From: a virus
Lineage: Duplodnaviria > Caudoviricetes
IMG/VR virus record: IMGVR_UViG_3300037851_000103
Location: 1-64,000 of that record
Direction: 5' to 3' (one strand)
Length of the DNA stretch: 64,000 nucleotides
Below the pieces are notes generated by a model that saw nothing but the letters and a program-made list of their open reading frames with translations, searched no databases and was not told where the DNA came from. Position numbers and translations under genes: made by a program. Below, piece after piece: positions 9,454 through 16,344 of the stretch (positions are counted from its first letter, which is position 1; each line of letters begins with the position of its first letter).

Positions 9454-9481
9454 TTGCATATTTAAATAAATCATTTATAAT
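9454..9481 (+). promoter_or_regulatory. putative sigma70-like promoter for the endonuclease and terL C-half
   Basis: TTGCAT-N16-TATAAT, followed by AAAGGA SD before ATG 9513. The AT-rich context lowers specificity. Confidence 0.35.
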
Positions 9482-9512
9482 AAATATCAAATTAATAATA
9501 TAAAGGAAAAAT

Positions 9513-10598
9513 ATGTCAAATAAAAAGATATGCGAAATTTGTGGGGCAAGCATTTTTAAATCGTCAATATATGATCATGTATTGAAATATCATAATTTGA
9601 CGAAACGAGATTATTTAACTAATTATGTTAAAAGTATTTTTATATCTGAAATTGATGGAGAATGCTTTCAGGATTTATGCCATCTTTCAATTTATTTAAA
9701 AAAGAAAGGGGTTAATTTAGAAGAATATTGGCATAAATATTTTAAACCTGAACATCCCGAAATGACAGGATTCTGTAAACAATGTAATAAAAAATTAAAA
9801 TTTAACGGTTTGGGGCAAGGATATTCGATATTTTGTGGATTTTCTTGTTCTACAAAATGGTATGCTGAAAACACAGATCGAATTGAAAAGGCTATGAATA
9901 CTCTCAGACAAGAAAAAGAAAATAACCCAAATTATCAATTACAACCTGTTCAAATTAAATATTGGATTAATAAAGGTTATTCTGAAGTTGAAGCTAAAAA
10001 ACTTGTTAGTGAAAGACAAAAAACCTTTACACTTGAAAAATGTATTAAAAAATATGGGGAAGAAGAAGGAATTAAAAAATGGAAATCCAGACAAGACAAA
10101 TGGCAAAATACATTAAAATCTAAACCTTTAGAAGAACAAATCCGAATTAATAAAGCAAAATTTAATAATGGAGTTGGATTTTCAAAAATTTCTCAAAAAA
10201 TATTTTGGGAAATATATAATTATAATATCGCAACAATGGTTAACTTGGATGTTTATTTTGCGGAATTAAATAAAGATGAAAATGATATTATGGATTCCAG
10301 TGGTACTAGCCATGAATATTGTTTAGTTGACGAATATAATAAATTTTATTTTTTAGATTTTTATATAAAAAAATTAAATCTTTTAATAGAATTTGATGGG
10401 GATTATTGGCATAATGTAAGAGGAAATAAAGAACGCGATGCAATACGAGAGAAAAATATATTAACGGTATTGCCAGGATTAAAAATAATAAGAATTTCTG
10501 AAAAAGAATATAAAGAAAAATCTAGTATAATATTAGAATCCATAAAAAACGATATAAATGCGAGAATTGAGGAATATGGACTTGACATTAAATATTGA
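9513..10598 (+). CDS. free-standing homing endonuclease, Vsr/DUF559-like PD-(D/E)XK with N-terminal Zn fingers
   Basis: CEIC...HVLKYH and CKQC...CGFSC Zn motifs; C-terminal FLDFYIKKLNLLIEFDGDYWH...ERDAIRE...KIIRISE; lies between the two intein halves. Confidence 0.82.
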   Translation: MSNKKICEICGASIFKSSIYDHVLKYHNLTKRDYLTNYVKSIFISEIDGECFQDLCHLSIYLKKKGVNLEEYWHKYFKPEHPEMTGFCKQCNKKLKFNGLGQGYSIFCGFSCSTKWYAENTDRIEKAMNTLRQEKENNPNYQLQPVQIKYWINKGYSEVEAKKLVSERQKTFTLEKCIKKYGEEEGIKKWKSRQDKWQNTLKSKPLEEQIRINKAKFNNGVGFSKISQKIFWEIYNYNIATMVNLDVYFAELNKDENDIMDSSGTSHEYCLVDEYNKFYFLDFYIKKLNLLIEFDGDYWHNVRGNKERDAIREKNILTVLPGLKIIRISEKEYKEKSSIILESIKNDINARIEEYGLDIKY

Positions 10599-10944
10599 GA
10601 GAAAGTTTACCCAAGTTTTTGATGTTGAAGATTATGATATTTTAACTCCGCAAGGTTGGAAACCTATATCTAAAATAATGGAAACTGTACCATATGATGT
10701 TTGGTATGTCGAATTGGAAAATGGTGATAATTTAAAATGTGCAGACACCCATATATTATACACAGAAAATCACACTCAAATATTTGCTAAAAATATTATT
10801 ATTGGTCAACTTATTGAAACTGATACTGGATATCATAAATGTATTAAATTAGAAAAATTAGATATTCCTCCTGAAAATATGTATGATATTGAAGTTGATT
10901 CAATAGAACATGAATTGTATACAAATAATTTTGTAAGTCACAAT
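10576..10944 (+). mobile_element. split intein C-fragment (IntC, 123 aa)
   Basis: ILTPQGWKPI, LKCADTH (block B), MYDIEV (block F), SHN|T (block G; +1 Thr at 10945). Confidence 0.92.
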
Positions 10945-12372
10945 ACGGTTTGTACTGCTATTTTTATATTATGGTTTTCTTGTTTTCAAAAAGATAAAAC
11001 CGTTGCAATATTAGCAAACAAAGAAAAAACAGCCAAAAGTATATTAGAAGAAATAAAATATGCTTACGAAAATTTACCAGAATGGATAAAACCAGGAATT
11101 GAAGAATATAATGCAACATCCGTTCAATTTGATAATGGGTGTAAAATATTAGCAGCCGCCACATCAAAAGATTCGATTCGTGGTGAATCTATTGCATTAC
11201 TAGCATTGGATGAATTTGCTCACGTTGCTCCTGAAAAAGTTGATGAATTTTGGACTGGTATTATTCCCACCATATCAACAGGTGGTCGTTGTATTATTGT
11301 ATCCACCCCCAAAGGTACGGGTAACTTATTTTATAAACTTTGGATGGATGCTACGACAAAATCTGGGTCATTTCCATTTCATCCTACATTAGTACATTGG
11401 TCTGAAGTTCCAGGTAGAGACGAGGAATGGGCCAGACAACAAAAAGCGATTATTGGCGAACAACAATTTCAGCAAGAATACAACTGTCAATTCCAAGGTT
11501 CTACAATTACACTAGTTAGTTCTGAATTCATGTTAAAATATTTAAAATCAAAACCTCCGGTTGCTACTCCTGATGATTATACCAAAATGTGGGTTGATGG
11601 TGTTGAAAAAGATCATATATATGTGGTTTGTGCTGATATTGGTGCTGGGGTTGGGTCTGATTTTTCAATTATTAACGTTTTTGATCTTACATATTATATA
11701 ATGAGTAACAAAAAAGATCCAATAAAACAGGTTGCTATTTGGAGACATAATGGTATTACTCCTACAGAATTCACCAATTATGTTTATAATAGTTTAAAAT
11801 ATTGGAATGATGCGTATATTATTTGCGAGGTTAATCCTGGTGGTTATGGTGATGATTTAATTAATGATTTATTTAATACCTATAATTATGAAAATATTTT
11901 TATAGATATTGAGAAGGGTAGGAAGGGATTATTTTCGACAAAATCATCTAAACCCAAGTCTGCCAAATGGTTTAAAGAAGATTTAGAAGGGTTTAAGATT
12001 ATTTTAAATGATAGTGAAACGATTAATGAGATTACATATTTTGAAGAAGTTAAGGAAAATGTATTTAAAGCTAAAGCGGGTCGTAATTTACATGATGATT
12101 GTGTAATAACATGTTTACATTTAGCATTTTTCATACATTCTACATATTTTGATGGTGAATTATTTGATTATTTAAACAAGATGAATCCGAAGGCAGAAGT
12201 TGAAGATGCTTCTATTAAAAATTCTTTAGATTCTTCGGTATCGACCAATGAAGAGAATATAGATTTATCATCAGCATTTGAAGCGATATTAGATGATCCT
12301 GTAGATGAAAATGATGATAATTGGTTAGAACGTGATGAAATGAATATATATCGTAGACGGATGAATATTTAA
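10576..12372 (+). CDS. terL: split-intein C-part fused to terminase large subunit C-fragment (ATPase remainder plus nuclease)
   Basis: GAGGA SD before ATG 10576. The intein ends YTNNFVSHN, then TVCTAIFILW...AILANKEKTA, LLALDEFAHV (Walker B), IIVSTPKG, CADIGAG, HDDCV. Confidence 0.95.
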   Translation: MDLTLNIERKFTQVFDVEDYDILTPQGWKPISKIMETVPYDVWYVELENGDNLKCADTHILYTENHTQIFAKNIIIGQLIETDTGYHKCIKLEKLDIPPENMYDIEVDSIEHELYTNNFVSHNTVCTAIFILWFSCFQKDKTVAILANKEKTAKSILEEIKYAYENLPEWIKPGIEEYNATSVQFDNGCKILAAATSKDSIRGESIALLALDEFAHVAPEKVDEFWTGIIPTISTGGRCIIVSTPKGTGNLFYKLWMDATTKSGSFPFHPTLVHWSEVPGRDEEWARQQKAIIGEQQFQQEYNCQFQGSTITLVSSEFMLKYLKSKPPVATPDDYTKMWVDGVEKDHIYVVCADIGAGVGSDFSIINVFDLTYYIMSNKKDPIKQVAIWRHNGITPTEFTNYVYNSLKYWNDAYIICEVNPGGYGDDLINDLFNTYNYENIFIDIEKGRKGLFSTKSSKPKSAKWFKEDLEGFKIILNDSETINEITYFEEVKENVFKAKAGRNLHDDCVITCLHLAFFIHSTYFDGELFDYLNKMNPKAEVEDASIKNSLDSSVSTNEENIDLSSAFEAILDDPVDENDDNWLERDEMNIYRRRMNI

Positions 12373-12430
12373 CAAATAATATATTATATATTCTTTTTTA
12401 ATATTTTAGCATAATTTTATAGTTTCTTAT

Positions 12431-12438
12431 TATAAATA
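12431..12438 (+). promoter_or_regulatory. T4-type late promoter TATAAATA
   Basis: Exact motif upstream of the sheath gene. Confidence 0.7.
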
Positions 12439-12483
12439 ATAATAGACAATAATATATTATGCCCGAAATAAGGAGTACATTTC

Positions 12484-14478
12484 ATGCCTCAAAATCTTTC
12501 TCCTTCAGTTGATATCAATGAAAAGGACTATACTCAAATTGTGCCATCTGTAACCAGTTCAGTTGGGGCAATGGTTATTCATGCTGCCAAAGGTGCATTA
12601 AATACTAGAGTTTTATTAACTAATACATCTGATTTAGAAGAGAAATTTGGTCGTCCTGCTGACTATAATTTTACCCATTGGTTTACTGCTGAAGCATTTT
12701 TAAAACAATCAAATCAATTATATGCTGTTCGTATAGAAGATGTTACTAAAGCTGTTCCTGGTTTAACTGTTGGAACATCATCAACTACTGCTGGTGATGT
12801 TGTAATTTTAGAAAACACAAGCAAGAAAGCTGAATTATTTCCATTAGGTTATACAAATATTAAAGAATTTGAAGCGAAGAAGGATTATTCAAAGAATCCA
12901 GATTTACCTCCTTCTGATCCTGATTCTTTAGATTATGCTGGTAACAATTTACTTGATGGTGAAAATTATCACTTTTATGCTGTTGGTCCTGGGTCATACT
13001 ATGAAGGAATTTCTGTATTAGTTGTTAATAAGACTGACTTTGATCTTATAAGAGATCTTAAAGATGAATTGGCTGAAGCAAGCACAACTGAAGATCAAAA
13101 TGATATAGCTGAAAAATATTACTATGGGACTCCTGCTACTACTGCTGCACCTGAAGTTGAATATTTATCAAATTCATTAACCAAATATGATATTTTAACT
13201 CCACCTGTTACAGTTGGCGATGATTGGACTGTCAATACCAATGTATTAACTGCTATAACTGGTTTTGAATATGGTCCTGCTGAACCAGATGAAGCTATCT
13301 TAATAGTGTTTGATGAATTTAATGCTCCTGTTGAACAATATCTTTTCTCAAATAATAAAGATAAAAAAGATACTCTTGGTAATAGTATGTTTGGTCCTAC
13401 CTTAGTTAATGGAAATTCTGAATATATTTACTTTTATATTGGCAACAATGAAGCTACCGCATCTGGTATAACGTTAGTATCAACCCGTAGAACCTTCTTA
13501 GGGTTTACTGATTATGATGCGGCAAATAATTTTGATAAATTAACTGGTGAAGTTTCTGGTACTGGAATTGGTGATTTAACTGGTGAAATAATGACTGCAT
13601 GGCAAGAACATTTTACCAATCCAGAAAGTCTTGAAGTTGATCTTTTAATTGATCCAGATTATGTCGATGAAATCAAACGTTATATAGATCAAATTGCAAG
13701 GGATATTAGAAAAGATTGTTTTGCTATTTTAAATGTAAGACAAGAGAAAATTCAAAATACTACAACTTTTAAACCTGTTGCAAATCCTTATACCACCATG
13801 AAAGATTATGTTGCCAATACTTTAAAAATAAATAGTTCGTATTCCGCTATTTATGGAAACTACTTTAAGATTTATGATAGATTTGCTGAAAAAGAACGTT
13901 GGGTTCCTGTTACTGGTTTCGTTGCTGCTGTTATGGCATATACTGATTTTAATGATGCCCAATGGTTTGCTCCTGCTGGTTTAAATCGTGGTATAATTTC
14001 TAATGTTACCGACATTGCGGTGAATCCAAATAAAGGCCAAAGAGATATTTTATATTACAATAGAATAAATCCAATAGTCAATTTTACTGGTGAAGGTATT
14101 GTAATATGGGGTCAAAAAACCTTACAATCAACTGCAAGTGCCTTCGATAGAATAAATGTTAGACGGTTATTCTTACATCTTGAAAAGAGCATCAAAAAGA
14201 TGGCAAGATTCTTCTTGTTTGAATTTAATGATGATTTCTCAAGATCCCGTTTCCGTGGAATCACAAACCCATTCTTATCTGGCGTTAAAGCTAGACGTGG
14301 CGTTTATGATTATTTAGTTGTATGTGATGAATCAAATAATACCGCACAAGTTATTGACAGCAATGAATTTAGAGCCGAAATATTAATCAAGCCTTCACGG
14401 GCTATTGAATTTATCAAACTAACATTTACTGCTGTTGGAACTGGTGTTGAGTTTAGTGAAGTCGTTGCAAAAGCCTGA
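12484..14478 (+). CDS. gp18: tail sheath protein, T4 gp18-like
   Basis: LSPSVDINEKD, FGRP, WFAPAGLNRG, RINPIV...GIVIWGQKT, AFDRINVRRLF, FEFND. Confidence 0.97.
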   Translation: MPQNLSPSVDINEKDYTQIVPSVTSSVGAMVIHAAKGALNTRVLLTNTSDLEEKFGRPADYNFTHWFTAEAFLKQSNQLYAVRIEDVTKAVPGLTVGTSSTTAGDVVILENTSKKAELFPLGYTNIKEFEAKKDYSKNPDLPPSDPDSLDYAGNNLLDGENYHFYAVGPGSYYEGISVLVVNKTDFDLIRDLKDELAEASTTEDQNDIAEKYYYGTPATTAAPEVEYLSNSLTKYDILTPPVTVGDDWTVNTNVLTAITGFEYGPAEPDEAILIVFDEFNAPVEQYLFSNNKDKKDTLGNSMFGPTLVNGNSEYIYFYIGNNEATASGITLVSTRRTFLGFTDYDAANNFDKLTGEVSGTGIGDLTGEIMTAWQEHFTNPESLEVDLLIDPDYVDEIKRYIDQIARDIRKDCFAILNVRQEKIQNTTTFKPVANPYTTMKDYVANTLKINSSYSAIYGNYFKIYDRFAEKERWVPVTGFVAAVMAYTDFNDAQWFAPAGLNRGIISNVTDIAVNPNKGQRDILYYNRINPIVNFTGEGIVIWGQKTLQSTASAFDRINVRRLFLHLEKSIKKMARFFLFEFNDDFSRSRFRGITNPFLSGVKARRGVYDYLVVCDESNNTAQVIDSNEFRAEILIKPSRAIEFIKLTFTAVGTGVEFSEVVAKA

Positions 14479-14494
14479 TTTAAGGAGAAAATAA

Positions 14495-15133
14495 ATGCCA
14501 ATAGCTGACCAACCCTTTAACTTGCATTCATTTAGACAAGTCATTGGTGATCCGGCGCGTCCATATTTATTCATTGTTCATATTCCTGAGATTGGGACTG
14601 ATGTAACAATGACTTCATTAGCTAAATCTGCGTCATTGCCGGGATTTCAATTAGGCAAAGTTAATGTAGCTTTCCAAGGTATGAATATTAAAATAGGTGC
14701 GCCCCCTTCAGATATTCCAGATTGGAAAGTTGAATTTATTTGTGATGAAGCGCATGAATTGAGAAATATATTTATGCGTTGGCAATCTTTAGTATATGAT
14801 CCTGGTACAATGCTTTTGAGTCATTCTAATAGTTATAAATCTGATCAAATTGGTGTTGCTCAAATGGCTAGAAATGGTCAAAAAGTTGCTATTTTTAATC
14901 TTATTGGTGCATTTCCAGCAAATGTATCTGAAATAACTGTAGCGCAAGATCAAGGCCAAGCAATCGAAACTTTTAGCGTTGATTTTTCTATGGATTATTA
15001 TGTTAAGGTTGCTAACTTTGGCGATGATGCTACTGGTGTTGCTCCCTTTATCAGAACTGCACAATCAGTTAGAATTGATCGTGGTGCCCCGCCTCCTGGC
15101 GGTCAATGGATTACCCCATTTAATCCTCAATAA
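14495..15133 (+). CDS. gp19: tail tube protein, T4 gp19-like
   Basis: ARPYLFIV, KSASLPG, WKVEFICDEAHELRNIFMRWQ, LIGAFPANVSEI, IETFSVDF; follows the sheath gene. Confidence 0.92.
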   Translation: MPIADQPFNLHSFRQVIGDPARPYLFIVHIPEIGTDVTMTSLAKSASLPGFQLGKVNVAFQGMNIKIGAPPSDIPDWKVEFICDEAHELRNIFMRWQSLVYDPGTMLLSHSNSYKSDQIGVAQMARNGQKVAIFNLIGAFPANVSEITVAQDQGQAIETFSVDFSMDYYVKVANFGDDATGVAPFIRTAQSVRIDRGAPPPGGQWITPFNPQ

Positions 15134-15157
15134 TTTTTGATTATTTTTTATAATTTT

Positions 15158-15190
15158 AAACCCTTTGTATTATTACAAAGGGTTTTTTAT
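15158..15190 (+). terminator. Rho-independent terminator after sheath-tube
   Basis: Perfect 12-bp stem AAACCCTTTGTA-TTAT-TACAAAGGGTTT followed by a T-run. Confidence 0.9.
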
Positions 15191-15225
15191 TATTTTGCGA
15201 AATAATTTTAAAAAGTTTTATTAAT

Positions 15226-15234
15226 TGATATAAT
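15226..15234 (+). promoter_or_regulatory. extended -10 promoter (TG-A-TATAAT) for the gp26-like gene
   Basis: TGATATAAT downstream of the terminator and upstream of the AGGAG SD. Confidence 0.45.
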
Positions 15235-15255
15235 TAATAATAGGAGAATATTTTT

Positions 15256-16038
15256 ATGTCAATGAAATTCAATGATTTAAAGAATGCATTTTCAAAGAAA
15301 GAAATAGGTCAAGATGTAGTAGAATTACTATCTTCTCCTAATAAAGCAAGTATCAAAGGTATGACAACTAAAGATATAAAGGAAGTATTAAAAGCGATAG
15401 AGAAGCAAGATGAATATTTGATTCAACAAGCATTTGATGCTATTTTAGACCGTTGTGTCGTAGATTTAGACGGTGGGCCTTTTGATGTTAATGCTCTCTT
15501 AAGTCAAGATCGTTATTATTTACTTTTAAAAATTCGACAAAAGACTACAGGTGATGTATGTAAAATTAATCATCCGTGTCCAGTAAGTAAAAAGATGGTA
15601 GAAGGAATAACCATTGATTTGGGAAATTGTTTACAAGTTAAGAAATTTGAAGGCGAGTCTCTATTTAAAGAATATTCATTAAAAGATAATATAAAGATGA
15701 CATTGGGACCAATTACAAGAGGCGAAGAAAAAATTATTGAAAAGTATTTAAAAAAGATAAAGGACGGTAATTCTATTATTGAAAGACGATATGCGACTTA
15801 TGCTGCATTAGTTAAGGATATCTATATTAAAAATGATAAAGAATTTGAAAAGGTTGATATGGTTTTTGATGATAAGATTAAATTTATTACCGAATGTTGT
15901 TCAAATGTTGAATTGAAACTTATTGATGAATTTATTAAAGAATTAGATTTTGGTGCTACAATTAAATTCCATTTCAAATCAGATGATTATGAAAATGAGA
16001 ATGAAGAGGTGAATTTAATAAGTTTTTTTATTATGTAA
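15256..16038 (+). CDS. gp26: baseplate hub / tail assembly chaperone, T4 gp26-like
   Basis: IKGMTTKDIK..L, LLSQDRYYLLLKIRQKTTGD...CP, ELDFGATIKF; ends NLISFFIM; position ahead of the gp51-like and tape-measure genes. Confidence 0.75.
   Translation: MSMKFNDLKNAFSKKEIGQDVVELLSSPNKASIKGMTTKDIKEVLKAIEKQDEYLIQQAFDAILDRCVVDLDGGPFDVNALLSQDRYYLLLKIRQKTTGDVCKINHPCPVSKKMVEGITIDLGNCLQVKKFEGESLFKEYSLKDNIKMTLGPITRGEEKIIEKYLKKIKDGNSIIERRYATYAALVKDIYIKNDKEFEKVDMVFDDKIKFITECCSNVELKLIDEFIKELDFGATIKFHFKSDDYENENEEVNLISFFIM
16023..16029 (+). promoter_or_regulatory. candidate -1 slippery site T TTT TTT
   Basis: Seven T at 16023-16029, in register with the gp26 Phe-Phe codons. The -1 frame is the gp51-like frame. 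Confidence 0.6.
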
Positions 16039-16112
16039 TATCTTTAAATAGAAAAGATTGTATTCATCCATTATTTTATACATTATTTGGCCAAGAACAT
16101 TATGTAAAATAC

Positions 16113-16334
16113 ATGAATGATGCAATATTATTAATGGAATATTCTGAAGGTAAATTTTCATATAATGATATTGATAATTTATATGTTGAAGAATTGCCGT
16201 ATTTAACTGCTCAATTTAAACAATTATATGATCAAAAACAGAATAATAAGCAAGAATATATAAAAGGTATTATGGAATTTGTCAATGCTCGGGTTGATGT
16301 ATTATTTAAATTATTATCTGGCAAAAAAATATAA
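16113..16334 (+). CDS. gp51: gp51-like baseplate hub assembly protein (frame open from 16005; probably reached by -1 frameshift at about 16029)
   Basis: LLMEYSEGKFSYNDIDNLYVEE..L resembles the gp51 LM.H..YSL.EIENM.P.E pattern. There is no SD before 16113. Confidence 0.6.
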   Translation: MNDAILLMEYSEGKFSYNDIDNLYVEELPYLTAQFKQLYDQKQNNKQEYIKGIMEFVNARVDVLFKLLSGKKI

Positions 16335-16337
16335 ATA
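16330..16337 (+). promoter_or_regulatory. T4-type late promoter TATAAATA
   Basis: Exact motif ending 7 nt before ATG 16345; it overlaps the upstream stop. Confidence 0.5.
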
Positions 16338-16344
16338 ATCAGTA

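Noticed and set aside
10558-10575. ORF-track start at 10558
   Set aside because: ATG 10576 has a GAGGA SD at proper spacing; 10558 does not.
9446-10576. Stop-codon reassignment or a group I intron as the explanation for the broken terL
   Set aside because: The three ORFs are in three frames, other genes read fully with the standard code, and both flanks carry intein motifs rather than intron boundaries.
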